Position numbers and translations under genes: made by a program | Notes under the pieces: model-generated | Database searches by the model: none | What the model saw: only the letters and a program-made list of their open reading frames with translations | Told to the model about the DNA's origin: nothing | Shown here: one piece after another, positions 14,840 through 28,994 of the stretch | Numbering within the stretch: the stretch's first letter is position 1 | How the letters are laid out: each line of letters begins with the position of its first letter | Origin: the human T2T-CHM13v2.0 reference genome, Homo sapiens | DNA length: 64,000 bases | Direction: 5' to 3' (one strand) | NCBI RefSeq assembly: GCF_009914755.1 | Contig: NC_060925.1

Positions 14840-15959
14840 TGTTACGGAAGCTTTGGGGTGTCAATTTTCTTTCTGGAAACCTCGGTGGCCAGTGGCGCCT
14901 TTCTCGGGTTCTTGTCCTGCATCCAGAAGAATGAGGTACGCAGACATGTGAAGGGTGAACAGGATGAAGATGAGCTTTATACAATGTTACAACAGCTCAG
15001 AGGAGACCTGCAGTGTGTACCTACTCTCTGCAGCAGGCCATCCATGGGCTTTTCAATTCTCACCAGAGGAGGGTCTGGAGAGGGTGGCACCTGTCTGCTG
15101 GCATGTTGTTTCTGCAGCTCTCAGCAGAGAAGGTAGCTAGCTCCTCTCTGCTGAGAGTTGGTCATCCCAACATCTCCAGCTCTCAGCAGAGTGAGTATTC
15201 CTCTCTGCAGCTGGTGTCCAATTGTTTCTCTGCCATCTTCATCCTCTGGCCATTATCTGCCCTACTCTGGCTGAGTCCAGGGCTTTTATGGACCTCAGAG
15301 GGGAGGAAGTGCCAATTGGTCCATGGGCGGCCATGGGCAGGTGGAAGAGGCACCAGGAGTCCCCACTCTGGTCCCCTGCCTGATAGTGTGGCCCCCAGCC
15401 TTCAGGCCCTCCCTGGCTTGAGGTGGGGCCTTACTGGAGACCCAACCCCTTCTGCCCAGGAATCAATTTAACTCCCACTGCCATTCATGGTTCCCGGGGC
15501 TCAGCCCCAACCCCCAATCTGAGATTGGGGCAGGCTAGGAGGGAAGAGAGGCCAGGCAGCAGGAGGAGACACCCCCAAGCCTGCAAGGTAGGGGAGGAGG
15601 GCTTCCCAGGCCCCAAGGGTGCAGGCTACAAAGACACCGTGTCCTGTACCTGGGAGGGCAGCAGCAGCTGTACCTGGGAGGGTAGATCCTGCCTGTTCCC
15701 AGTCACCTGCCAAGAGCATAGGCAGGCTCAGATCCACAAACTGTGGGCTAGCCCAGGAGGGTGGGACTCCTGCCTGCTCCCTAGAGCAAAGGGTTTGGGT
15801 CTGCAGCCACAGATTGGGCAACTGGGTGGCTGCATCAGCACCCAGGGAGCTCCCACCCCAACTCAGAAGGGGCGGGGTTCCCACCTGCTCCATGGAGTGG
15901 CAATCCCCAGCCATGACTACCTGCTGCAGCTGGCATGATGGCAACAGCCACTGCCATCA
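14840..15959 (-). mobile_element. MER52-family ERV1 solo LTR
   Basis: TG...CA ends (tgttacgg...ctgccatca); ggaaacctcggtggccagtggcgccttt and ttcttgtcctgcatccagaagaatgaggtacgcagac match the MER52 reverse strand; GC-rich island that accounts for the ORFs at 14739-16080. Confidence 0.85.
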
Positions 15960-16674
15960 TTATCAGCTGATTATTGTTAATATTTTTTCTAACATGTTGT
16001 GGAATAATATTTTACACACAATAAATATGAAAAAGGAGAGTAGCAAAGAATGCCAAACACATACGAAATATGGACACTGAGTTCTATCTGCATATTCAGG
16101 AACTGTGGTAATTCTACAGTTGTAACTAGAGTTTATCAGTAAAACAATTCTTCATGTTAGATGCTTATAGGCACACTCTGAACAGAATCATCATAACACT
16201 TGGTATCATCAGTCATTTTCATTTTATCCATTCTAGTGGGTGGGTGTGTAATGGTCTCTCATAGTGATTTGAATTTTTCATTTATATCTTGCCGTCTTTT
16301 AGGCATAGCATATGCTGTGGCAAAATAGTAGATATACAAAAATATATTAATAAAATGAGAAAGATTTTCTAATATTAAAATTAATTACTTTTCTCTTTCA
16401 TAGTGCTCTAATATAACTTGTTTTCAAAATCAGCATTATCTGTTTCATTTCCATAAATGAGGGTTATTAAAATGAATCAATGCATTTGTACCATGCATAA
16501 TTCATGAATGAAATCTATAAATTACAAAATATAGATTATAGGCCCAACTGTCATAATTTTCATAATTGCTGTATTTTAACTTCTACAAATAATCTGATAA
16601 ATATATTATCTCAAATTTTATGACATTACTGCTTATCTCCACTGTGTTCTAGGAATTCTGAAAAATAGAATATA

Positions 16675-17195
16675 CAATTGGCCCCTGAACAACATGGATG
16701 TTAGGGGCACTGAACCTCATGTGAAGCTGAAAATCATATATATTAATAACATTTGACTCTCCAGAAACATAACTACTAATAGCCTTATTTATGTTATAAC
16801 TTAATAACTTACTTATGTTATCCTACTGATAAGATAAACAATATTAACACAATACTGATAACATAAACCGTATTGATTCATGTCAGCCTTACTGATAACA
16901 CGAACAATATTAACATGTATTTTGTATGCTATATGGACTATATACTGTATTCATATGATAAAGTGATCTACAGAAAAGAAAATGTCATTAAGAAAATCAT
17001 AAGGAAGGGGAAATATATTTACTCTTCATTAAGTGGAGATGGATCATCATCAAGGTGCTCATCCTTGTCTTCATGTTGAGAAGGAGGAGAATGAGGAAGG
17101 GTTGGTCTTGTTGCCTCAGGGGTGGCAGAAGTGAAGAAAATTCATGTATAAGTGGACCCATACAATTCAAACCCATGTTGTTCAACAGTCAACTG
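16675..17195 (-). mobile_element. Tigger2a non-autonomous DNA transposon
   Basis: TIRs caattggcccctgaacaaca and tgttgttcaacagtcaactg, TA TSDs at 16673-74 and 17196-97, internal ttaagaaaatcataaggaag...ggtcttg...caggggtggcaga. Confidence 0.9.
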
Positions 17196-17596
17196 TAATT
17201 AAGATATTTCTTGCTGTTTTCTATGAGCCACATATCAATAGAGAAACTAAAAACATTTTAATTACTGAAATGTAAGACACACTGTGATAATGCTATAATG
17301 CAGGAATCAAATTCTGTAGGAGATTATGGAACAATCCCGTGCTATCTGATGAAATAATCTTTCTATAGTTTAGTGCCAATAGACAGGTTACTTACACTTA
17401 AATATAGTTGGAGGGAGGAAATTGAGAAAAATCAAAGTTCTACAATCTTATTCTCATACATTTTTGGCTAGAATTTCCTGTTTATGGAATGGAGAATAGA
17501 ACTGTTTGGAGAGAACACAGAATAGGCAGACAAGAGTTTGGGAATAGGATTTTGATATTGAGAAAGATTTTAAGAGGTATTATATACTAGGTACTC

Positions 17597-17740
17597 TGTG
17601 TGTGTGTGTGTGTATGTACCTGTGTGTATACATGTATACATATATAAATACATACATATATACATATACATACATACACACATACACAGAAAGAGAGAGC
17701 GATACAGAGACAGAAAGAGAGAGAGAGATAAAGAGAGAGA
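17597..17740. repeat. Compound (TG)n / (TA,CA)n / (GA)n simple repeat
   Basis: Seen directly. Confidence 0.9.
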
Positions 17741-17899
17741 CAGCTTGGACCAATGTAGTGAATATAGAGAGAAATAAGAAAATGATTATAAAATAGCAGC
17801 AATATAATTTAATAATTTATAACCTGTTGCTTGAAGATAATATTTTAAATAATTAAACTGAGAAGAGGTATGCTGACAAGGACCATGAAGGAACACATG

Positions 17900-18180
17900 G
17901 CCTACGGAGACAGAGTGGAGTATAGATGTTTGGATATGCTCAGCTTGTGAAAGACATGAGATGTCCAGTGGGAAGTTATACAAGGATATATGGAATTCAG
18001 ACGGGAGGTGGATAAATGTGAGATTAGATGATAAAATATTAGTTGATGTTCTGAAAAAAAGATCATTTAGGAAAAAATACATGTAATAAGCAAACAGATT
18101 TCGAGTGGAGTGCTTTGGTGCTGTTTATTTTAAGTGGCTGAGTAGGGACATGTGAGTCACTCAAGGAAACAGAACAAATA
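17900..18180 (-). mobile_element. L2 fragment (highly decayed)
   Basis: tttggatatgct...gagatgtccagtgggaagtt...atatatggaattcagacgggagg resembles antisense L2. Confidence 0.5.
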
Positions 18181-18457
18181 TAAAGGTTAGGTCAACTAAA
18201 TGATTTAAACAGTATAGAAGCCAAGTTATTCAAGGGAATAAAAATTTTAAAAATAACATTTATTTCAGTTTTCTCTTTTTTACAGTAAGTTATGATTCAG
18301 TGATTAATATTACCAGTTTATAGAGGAGGCTAAGAAACAGAGATATTAAGTATCTTTCCTAGGCTAAATGAGTAACAAAACTGGGATTTTACTAAAATCA
18401 GAAAATTAAAAAGAAAGAAGAGCTCTGGATAAAGCAAAAAAAAAATGTGTCATTGGT

Positions 18458-18810
18458 TTATTAGTCAGGATGAATCAAATTATGCTGAATTAAAAAATTA
18501 GCCACGCTATCTCAACAGCTTAATACAACAAAGATTTGTTTGGGTCTGTATATGTTTAGCACGTGTTAGGGTTGCAACTTGGAATGGTGGGCTCTGATCC
18601 ACCTAGTCATTTTCATGTCTGATATAGCCTGTATCTCATGAAGTGGTAACATTGTTGGCAGAGAGAAAGATCAGTTGCAGATTTCTTTGCTGCTTTTTCT
18701 ATGCATTGGTCCAGAAATGACACATGTCACTTTTGTACACAGCCTATTGTGTAGAACCCACTTGCAAGCTCTGATTAACTGAAAAGGAGCTGGAAAATAT
18801 GGGACAGCAA
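18458..18810 (-). mobile_element. Old MaLR LTR (MLT1J/K/L-like)
   Basis: ttattagtcagga...tatgctg...atctcaacagcttaatacaacaaagattt...ccagaaatgacacatgtcactt. Confidence 0.6.
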
Positions 18811-20319
18811 ATGTTTGTTATATAGGAGGAGTTTCACTGCTTAACTAGATTGCAAAGTACCAATGAGGGAGTCAGGGAGCAATCAAGATGAGATGATAAG
18901 GGAGATTTACTATGTAAAGAGGAATCAAAGGAGGAAAGATTCTGAAGACACAAAAGAGGCAAGAATATATTGATGAAATTAGGATCCAAATAAGACTTAA
19001 AAACAAAAGAAATAATTAATGTTTTAAATGATAATATTCAGTCTCAATAAAGTATCGAGTCTAAAATTTCAGATAATAAAAACTTCCCTAGCTCATATTA
19101 GATACTCAATAGTTACTTTTCAAACAAGTTAGTGAATCATCTAATTAAAGTAAAAAGGGACTTAAAAATATATTTCCTACGTAGCACTGTATACAAAAAA
19201 AAAAAAAAATCAGAACTTCAGGTATTTTAAAGCTTTACCAAGAAAAAAATAAGTCTTAAGGGAATTGTTATTTATTCTAATGTGTGTTAATCATAATTTT
19301 TAGAAATGAGTTAAAATAGCTAATGAAATAGGGATCTCTAAGACTACATGTACAATAGCATACGTACTAAAGTTTAATGCTGTCTGGAGGACAAGGAATA
19401 GTTGTAATTCCTTAAAGCATTAATCAACCTTATCAGGCTTCCAGTAAAAATATGTTTTCATACCTTAATAACTTAAAAATTATTTTTAAAAAATAACAAC
19501 ATCCTACCTTATCCCAGTTTTTCTCCCTAGAGGGAATTATTGCTAATAATTTTGTGTATCATTTTCTAAAAATGTATAAAATATAGCAAGATACATAGAT
19601 CATACATACTTAACCAGATAATGTTATTTTTACTTAAGAAAGTAATATATACTCTTTCTTGAACCTTCTATTTGAATGTTATTTCATTTACAAAAGAAGT
19701 AAAATTATAAGCTAAAAATGATAAATAAAATATATGCTTTTCAAATATAAGTGTACTATAATAAGTCCAATTAATGTTGATTATCAAGAAGCAATCTCAT
19801 TTTTCAACTGTTTTAAGTTTATCATTTAAATAACGAATGGCTCTGGTCAGTTTTTATATGACACACTATTTTTCATTAGGCATTTATTACCAAATTATTA
19901 TGTGCTCTACTAATTTATCTCACTATTTCATTGTATAATAATGCTTGAAATATTACATCACAGAAATGAATCTAAGTATGTTTCTTTATTTAAATTGTAA
20001 AACTAATTTAGGTAGTAAATGATAAAATTCTTTTTTGAGGGATTTATATAATTATTAAAATATCTGTTGTTTTTATATAGGAAAAATATGTATTCATCAG
20101 TTTAAATTGTTTGTGAACCTGGATTGTCCTTCACATCTCTTGGCTAAAAGTCAATATCCAATGTATTCTTTATATATTACTCTATGATATATATCCAGTA
20201 AAATGCTATGTGGATACAAAAAGCAAAATTAGGGGATGTATGGTATATGAGTCAGTGTATCAGTGGAGAATACCAGTGACTGACTAATAATTCACGTTAA
20301 ATCTACTATGTGAAGACTG

Positions 20320-20460
20320 TTTGCTAGACAGTAAGCATCATGATAAACTATGCTTTATTCATGTTTGTAGTCACAGTGTCTAGAATATTGTCTAATATCT
20401 ATTTGGCTTTTGAGAGTTCAATGAAAAATTGATGAAGGAATTTATAAATTAATGAGTAAA
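20320..20460 (+). mobile_element. L2 3' end fragment
   Basis: ctagacagtaagc...ttattcatgtttgtagtcacagtgtctagaa...caatgaaaaattgatgaaggaat. Confidence 0.5.
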
Positions 20461-21657
20461 TAGTGATCAAATAGTCATATAAAGTAATACTTCATGAAGA
20501 AACAGCATTGAGTTGGCATTTGGGAATTCCTATGATTTGGCACCCTAGGACTATAAATGATTTTATTTTTCATATCTGCATATATTTTTATACTTAATTA
20601 TTTGTTCTAATATATTTATTTAAAAATATCAGCAGTATAAAAACATGTATTAAATTTGATTTGAAACTATTGTTATAAGGAAAGGAAAAAATCCTCATAT
20701 TGAAGTGAATTTTATCTTTATTTAATGTTTAATATTTTCCACATGATATTTCAAAGGTTTATGTTATTATTTCTATTATTAAAATTTCAAATATACACAG
20801 AAAGCTTACTGAAAACACATTCTAAGTTTTTAATCATAAGTATATTTTTATAGAAGGCAATAAGGTACTAAAATACACTGTTCTAGTGCTGGAACTGAAA
20901 GCTGTTAAAACACAGACCTGTTTGCCGTAAATATCCTCATCAATTGATAAAGCAACAGCCTACATACTTCAGAAAAAATGCCCAAGAATACAGACAAATG
21001 AACAAAACTTATAATTATGTATAATTTATAGTTCGCGGTTTTAAAAATAAATGTATTAAAACATCTGTACAAATATTTATTAACAACTTACTATTTATAT
21101 TCAAAGTTTCCTTATCTTGAACATTTTTAAAGAAAAACAAAACTATAATGCTTACCCTGCTCAATTTAGAGAAATAAACTTATTAGCCACAATTCAACAA
21201 AAGGAAGTCTATTCCATCATTTTTAGTTCTGGGAATATCTTTTGGGGAAGATTCTAAAATAGTCTTCAGAGAATTATCTTCAAACGTACCAAAAAACTTC
21301 TCAGTAACATTTCCTTTTAATTCTGTAAGAAGCCTTAAAATCTAGGCACTAATTTTCAGAGGAGTCCTTCTGTGACACTCTTGCTTACAGCCATTGGCCA
21401 ATACCTTATATGTAAGCATTCTATAACTCTAGTTATATAGTTTCCTTTCTATATTTCAAATGGTCACTAGACCCTGATTTTTTATATCTATATTCATCCC
21501 AATTCTTTTGTGATCATATGTTTTCTTAAATATTCAACCACTTCATAAAATGCTCTTTCTACTTCTAAGTCGTAAAATGAGGATCATCACCTTTACTCCA
21601 AGAGACCTCTTCCCTCAAAGAGACTACCCATTCACAATCTTAGCTCATAGATCCTAA

Positions 21658-23298
21658 TGAAAGTGGGTTGAATTGTATCTCCATAAAACATATGTCCAAT
21701 TGGAATCACATAATGTGACCTTTATGAAGTTAAGGTATTTGCAGTTGTAATCAAGACTGGGATCATTAAATTGAATGACTCCTGATTAGAATGAGTCCTA
21801 AATCCACTAGGAGGTATCCTCACAAGAGACAGAAAAGAACATCACATTACCTGACTTCAAAGTAGCTGTAGTAATCAAAACAGCAAGGTATTGGCAATAG
21901 AAACAGACACATAGACTAATGGAAAAGTATAGATAGCCCAGAAATAAATTATGTTATATATGGTGAGCTGATTTTTGACACAATGGGGAAAGGACAGTTT
22001 CTTCAATAGATGATGGTGGGACAACTGGATAGCCACCTACAGAAGAATGAAATAATTAGATCCTCATCTCATACCATATACAAAAATTAACAGAAAGTCA
22101 ATTAGAGACTTAAATGTAAGACCTAAAATTAAAACTCCTCAAACAGAAAGTAGAAGAAAAGCTCTATGACATTGGTCTGGGCAATTATTTTTTAGATATG
22201 AACCGAAAAGCACAGGTAACAAAGCCAAAAATAGACAAATGGATTACATTAAACTAAAAAGCTCTGAACAAAAAAGAAACCATAAACACAATGAAGAGAC
22301 AAACTATGGAATGGAAGGAAATCTATTTGCAAACCCTACAACTAATAAAGTATTCATATCCAAAATATATAAGAAATTCAAACAATTCAATAGTAAGAAA
22401 ACAAATGACCCAATTGAAAAATGGGCAAAGGATCTGAACAGCAATTTCTCAAAAGAAAACATGCCAAATGGCCAAAAGGTATAAGAAATAATGCTAAATA
22501 TTATTAATCATTAGGTAAATGCAAAAGAAAACTACAGTGAGATATCACCTCACACTGGTTAGAATGGCTATTACTAAAAAGGACAAAAGATAACAAATGT
22601 TGGAAAGAATATGGAGAAGAGGGAACTATTGCACACTGTCAATGGCAATGTAAATTAAAACACTCATTATGGAAAACAGCGTGGAAATTCCTCAAAAGAT
22701 TAAAAATGGTATTACCATATGATCCAGCAACCCCACTACGGGGTACAGATCAAAAGGAACTGAAATCAGTATATTGAAGAGATATCTGGTCCCCTATGTT
22801 CACTGTAGTATTATTTATAAAATGCAGCATATATACACAAGGAAATACAACTATTTCTACCTTATAAAATGAAATTCTGTCATTTGTGACAAAATAAGTG
22901 AACCTGAAGGACATTATGTTAAATTAAGCCAGGCACAGAAGACAAATACTGCATGATGTCACTTACATGTGGATTTTAAGAAGTTGATCTCCTAGAAGTA
23001 CAGTGTGGAATGGTAGTTACTAGAGGATGGGTGGGGGATTGAGGCAGTGAAGAGATATTGGTCAAGGGATTTACAATTTCAGTTAAGTAGGAGGAATAAG
23101 TACAAATGATCTATTGTACACATGGTGATTATAGTTAATAGCAATATACTGTATTCTTGAAAATTGCTGAAAGTAGATATAAAGTTTTCTCACTACAAAA
23201 AAAAATATAAGTATGTCAGATAATGCGTATGATAATTAGGTCAGTTTAGCCATTCCACAGTGTATACATATTTCAAAGCCACATGTTGTACATTTTAT

Positions 23299-23335
<37 letters not shown>

Positions 23336-23661
23336 TCATATAATTTTATGTTTTAATCTAATAAATAAATACATAAATTTTTAAGGGTGCAGAAAAAGAG
23401 GAGCCAGAGATACAGGAAAGAAGGCCAGAGATACAGGAATGAAGACGGAACCAAAATTGGAGTTTTGCTGCCACAAACAAAGGAATACCAGGAGGCACTA
23501 GATGCTGGAAGAGAAAAGAAACCATTGTCACCCTGGAGTGTGAGCCTGCTCATACCTTAATTTTAGACATCTGGTATCTAGAGCTATGAGAAGGAATTTC
23601 TGTTATTTTAAGCCATTGACTTTGAGGCCATTTCTTGTGGCAGCTATAGGAAACTAACACA
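21658..23661 (+). mobile_element. MLT1B/C MaLR LTR split by an L1 insertion (LTR halves about 21658-21840 and 23390-23661)
   Basis: 5' half gggttgaattgtatctcc...aatgtgacc...cctaaatcca; 3' half ...ccacaaacaaaggaatacc...gctggaagag...ttttaagcca...gcagctataggaaactaacac. Confidence 0.8.
21841..23380 (+). mobile_element. 5'-truncated L1MA6/7-like LINE-1
   Basis: Begins at atcacattacctgacttcaa (ORF2 ITLPDF); 3'UTR aggaggaataag...gatctattgtaca...cattccacagtgtatacatatttcaaa. Confidence 0.85.
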
Positions 23662-23678
23662 CCAGGTTAGAATCAACG

Positions 23679-23973
23679 TGGTAGTTTCTCAGTATCCACA
23701 GGTGGTTGGTTCTAGGACCCCCGCCAATACCAAAATCTGAGGATGCTCAAAACTCTATTTATATAATATGGCATAGTATTTGCATACAACCTACACACAT
23801 CTTCTCATATGCTTTAAATCACCTCTAGATTATCTACAATATGTAATACTATCTAAATTGTTGTTATACCATATTGTTTTTATTCATATTATTTTTTATA
23901 GTTGTACTGTTATTTCTTTTGTTTTGGAATATTTTTATACACGGTTGAATGTGCAGATACAAAGGGTCATCTG
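23679..23973 (+). mobile_element. MER2 (Tigger-derived) DNA transposon
   Basis: ctcagtatccacaggtggttggttctaggacccc...ataccaaaatctgaggatgctcaa...gtatttgcatacaacctacacacatc...gcagatacaaagggtcatctg followed by ta. Confidence 0.85.
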
Positions 23974-25009
23974 TATTATTCTAAAATTAAATAAAACTAT
24001 ATATTATTTGCCTTTTTGAATAAAGAAATTTTTGATCAGTTACTACATATGATAACTTGTATAATTGCAACTTTATCTTCAGTTACTGGATATAGAAATG
24101 TTAATTTATTATAGTATTTCTCAACCTTATTTTTACTACTGCCCCTCATTCCCCCATAGCCATTTCATACTTTTTAAATCACTTTTCCCAAAATATTTTA
24201 ATATCACAGACATGCTGCATAGTTGTCTGTGTATGAGATGCCTGCCATTTGAGTGAGACTCAATGACATGTGTGAGATTTTTTCACCAACACCTAAGAAC
24301 TTGTTGAGAATGTGAGATTTATGAGGTACTCCATACTCAGAGACGTTAAGTAACTTGCTTCAAGTCAAACAAAATGAGCAGAGAAACAGATGAATTTATT
24401 CTAGCTAACTTCAAAAGCTAAGTGTTTAACTATTATAATATACCATTGCTGCTTTTTATACATGTAACAAAATGGAAACAGATTTAGTTTTTAGGTTTTA
24501 AGTTAATAATTATAAAATTATGGCAAAATAAAAAATATGTAAATAAATAAGTATACAAATATGTAAGTAATTGAGCCACTTATTATTTTAGTTCCCCAGG
24601 AACACCATTCACATAGAACTTCTTCCTAAACATTTACACATGTACTTGCAATGAATAATTTAGGATTTTTTGGACCACTTACTTGAAAAAAACTGCTTCA
24701 GAAACAGACAGTCATTGGGTACAAATGATATATGTATACCAGAAATGTATTGAAATGTTATATTTTCCTTATTGATCCAATCCCAGAGGGCATTATAATT
24801 ACAAAAGTGTTTGGGGTTCATCATTGTTCACACTTCCTAAATCTGTCATTATCTCCAAATCTATCTCTTACCTGGATATTTTAGTAAAAGATAAGGGAAG
24901 TGGACCAAGAAAAGAGTAATTGAATTCAAATACCCATCGAGAGTTTTTCCCTTCAAAAAATTATGGATGATTTTTCTTTATAAACTTTTTTAAGTTTCAG
25001 GCTTAGGTA

Positions 25010-25260
25010 TTTATATATGTATATTTTATATATAATATGTATATATTATATATACATATATGTAACATATATACACACATAAAATGATATATTTAAATAT
25101 ATACATATATGTATATATACATATATAACTAAATTATATATTTAAACATATATATGATAATTGAGAATTTCAATATTATAAACTATATTTAAATTTATTT
25201 TATATACATACATAAATATAAATGTGTATATATATACACATTGTATATATATATATATTT
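25010..25260. repeat. TA-rich low-complexity tract
   Basis: Degenerate (TA)n/(TACA)n seen directly. Confidence 0.9.
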
Positions 25261-26199
25261 TTTCCCAATAATAAACTGGGAAAGGTATAAGGAACTGTTC
25301 CTCTCTCACAGAAAAACCTTCTTTCTTTTACTCCACTCTTTAATCACAGGTGAATCACCTGATCCCCTTTAACATTTTCCCCAATACACCATTTCATTGT
25401 TCTTTGTTCTAAGACACATTCTGATGGCCAGGATCAAATATCCACAGTATCTGCTCTTATGCAAGCTCTATGAAGCAGTTCATATAGTGGTGCAAAAGAA
25501 AATCCAAACAAGTTCATTTTCCTTAACTTCAGTGGGTTGTTTAATACTTCCTAGCAACGGTGCCACAGATTAGATACTTATATCTATCCCTTGCTATACT
25601 TTTTTTAGTTGTAACCTTGCTTTCTACTTCATAAAGAAATCTATGAACATCCCCAAGCTTGCTCATATCAATAAATAAACCTCTGCATTTTCTCTTTACT
25701 CATTTTTTCTTCTGCAGTCTCCAAGGATGAGATGGACTATTACAGTTCAAGATTAATTTTCTCACCTAAACTTTTGATCTGATCTCCTGTCATCTTTAAC
25801 CAGAAATTACACATTCAATTATTTGCTTCCACCTCTTTCCTGAGTTTTCAACATCTACTGTTTCCTTTTTCAAAAGTTATATCTATGCTCTTGTTTGAAT
25901 TTGTTTTATTTAGGCTTTCAGAAGAATGCAAATACAGAGCAAAACAAAAAACTCTTCACTTTGTATTCTCTTAGTTATCACTCTTCTTAAAACTAATGTG
26001 TGTTGAATTTCTCCATAGTTGCCCTTTAGTGCTTCAATTTTACTTGTTCTTTTTATTATGTTAGAATTATTCTGAAAAAAGGTTTTAATGATGTCTTATT
26101 TGAGTAATTCAGAAAACCTTTAAATTTAAAAGTATATATTTTATTAATCAAATCTATAACTAATACTGACTCTCCCTCCTTGCATTTATTTTACAATGC

Positions 26200-28900
26200 C
26201 TTTGCATATGATATACCTTTATACCATGTTCAAATTTGAATGATCTGTAAATGACTAGAGAATCGTAGATTGACAGCTATTTTCCATCAGCACTTTGAAG
26301 ATATAACAGTAGTCCATTATCTCTGGCCATTATTAGTGCAGCCACAAAATCTACTGTCAGTCAAATGATTGCTTCTCTATGTAGTAATATGACATTTCTC
26401 AGTTCTTTTTTATAATGAAAGTTTCTACTTTACATAAGAGTAGTAAAAATTTTATAATGAACACATACACCCATAACCCAGTTTTGAGAATTACAAACAT
26501 TTTTCCAATATTATAAAATCTAAAATATTAATTTATATTCTTTTGTTTAGTTAGAGCCAACATATTCCAGATGTTTCTTTTACAAGTAAGCAGTTCAATG
26601 CGTATTACAAATGCATGCATTTTTTGTTTCGTGTTATAATCTCAATGTCACTATCAAGCTTACCACAATAAAAAAATAATATTAGGTTAACATATTTTAA
26701 GGCCTAGTTCATATTCAAATTTTTCAATTGACTAAAATGTCTGTTCAGAATTGATGCATTCAAATAGAAACAAAAACAAGGCCCATGATATGCATTTATG
26801 TGTTGTATTTCTCAAAAGGTGTTATTCTGAACCAATCACCTTATTCTTTCCTCTTTCCTTTTCCATTCCATGTACTTTTGGAGAATTTGAATCCCTAGTA
26901 TAGGCAGTTTCTGGATATATTTGATTTCTTCCTTAGAGAGTTCTTTATCTTGTAACTTTTCTTACTTGAAAAAATAAATTTGTAGTTAGATCTAGAGATA
27001 AGGCCATATTTTTGTGAGAATAATTCATAGGTGGTGCTCTGTACTCCCACTGCATCACATTAATATCCACAAATATATGTGATACATTTAAGCCATGCTA
27101 AGATTGATCAGCACATTCAGGTGTTATCAGCATGACTCAATGACTACAAAATTTCTGATCAAATTTTACCCAATTCTTGTATCATCCACTTACAACAATT
27201 GACTAGATGTATTATTTCTTTAGATGATTAATTTTCTCTGTGTTTCTTATGCAGAAAAATATTTACAAGAGAAAGGGAGACTATAGGCTTAATTTTCCCC
27301 TTATTTATTAATTTTGAGAGGAAGAAGTTCATTCCTTAGAAACCAAAATAGATTTTAGATACTTGATATCTTTCAATAAATGTCAGTCTTTATACATTGT
27401 AATACTCAAATTGTTCCATTCTCGGTGAGCGTCCCTTCAAGTTTGCTCCTCTGTCCTTTTTGGCATGATCCCAGTGGCTTTCTATTTTCTTATATCACAA
27501 GATTCCTTAGCTGAGTGTTAACTTTTCAGCCTGATATTAGAAATGTTCCATTTCCCCCCACCAACCTTAATAGTTTTAGGGAAAAATGGTAGTTAGAGAC
27601 GACAGTCTGGATTCTTGGCATGCAAATTAGTTTTACATCAGTTTCCAGCCCTTTTCAGTAGAGATCCAAAAAAGTGTACATTTTTCTTAAAGAACTAGTA
27701 ATTCAATATTTAATATTATAATGATTTACTTAGACTTTAAATAACGTTCTGTTTTTTTGTTTTTATTTTTGAGACGGAGTCTCTCTCTGTCGCCCAGGCT
27801 GGAGTGCAGTGGTGCGATCTCGGCTCACTGCAAGCTCCACCTTCCGGGAGCTTATCCTGCCTCAGCCTCCTGAGTAGCTGGGACTACAGGCGCCCGCCAC
27901 CACACCCGGCTAATTTTTTGTATTTTCAGTAGAGACGGGGTTTCACCATGTTAGCCAGGATGGTCTCGATCTGCTGACCTCATGATCCGCCCACCTCGGC
28001 CTCCCAAAGTGCTGGGATTACAGGTGTGAGCCACCGTGCCCAGCCTCGTTTCATTTCTTATACTGAAAATCTTAGTTCTTAAAAACAGCCTATTGACTTT
28101 TTGATTTATGCTACAATAGTATGTGTGTGAAACACAACGGTTTCAAATGGCAATACTAATGATAATATCAATGTTAAAATAAATGTCTTCAACGAAGTTT
28201 AACTTTTTTTCATGCTTATTTGTACTCTGTGCTAACGTTTACATTCAATATGCATGTCTTTTAAGATCACTTGTTATAATTAGCTTTGTTGCCAATTTGA
28301 TATAGAACTAATTTGCTTTAGTTTTTATTCAAGTTTTAGATTTTTTTTTCCCAATGTCTTTATGAAATATGTAAAATAGTTACATTGTTTCAAAGTAAAA
28401 ACTGTAAGTCAAGTTACACACGGAGAATTCTTCTTTTCTTTTTCATCTCTTTAATCCTAGCCTATTTACTCTCTACCCAGTAATAACCATTTCATTATAT
28501 TTTGTTTTTCTTCTCATTGTTGCTTTCTGAAATTGAATTTTTATAAATATATGAGATATAAATATATGTTTTCCCAAGCTCACCTTGATATAGTACTAAA
28601 AATACTAGAAATGCTGGAGAAACTAATTTCCATGTCAAATAACTGTGTGATTTTGTCTTTTGAGATCTTCAGTTTCACTCCAATCTTAAGTTTTAGATTA
28701 TTTGTATAAATAGCCCTTGTTGGAACAGGTTTTATCCATTTCAACTCAAAGATTTTATTATTTAAATACTACTAAGCAATTTGCATTTGTCTTTTGCATT
28801 TTCTATTGAGATTTTAGTTTAATTACCACATTTTTATTTCTAGAATTTTTATGATACTGTTTTCAAATGTGCTTTTTTTCTTTTTTAAACAATTTGTTCA
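26200..28900 (-). mobile_element. Ancient L1M (L1MC/ME-like) fragments, interrupted by an Alu
   Basis: cagcactttgaagata...ctactgtcagtc (antisense ORF1-like) and tttttataatgaaagtttc...ccataacccag (antisense 3' end); boundaries approximate. Confidence 0.5.
27752..28045 (-). mobile_element. AluY
   Basis: T-tail, gagacggagtctc...caagctcc...gttagccaggatggtctcgatc...cccagcc; small deletion/replacement near 27848. Confidence 0.95.
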
Positions 28901-28994
28901 TTTTATCTGATTAAGTCTAATACTTCACTTATCTCTTAACATTTTGGCATATATTTCGATGACTCACTGCATTTGGGAATGAAAGCAATGCTCC

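Noticed and set aside
14739-16080. Cluster of overlapping 100-170 aa ORFs
   Set aside because: They lie essentially within the GC-rich MER52 LTR where stops are scarce; no recognisable protein motifs
23403-23440. Direct repeat gccagagatacaggaa x2 (similar short duplications near 34134 and 47232)
   Set aside because: Ordinary short slippage duplications with no sign of function
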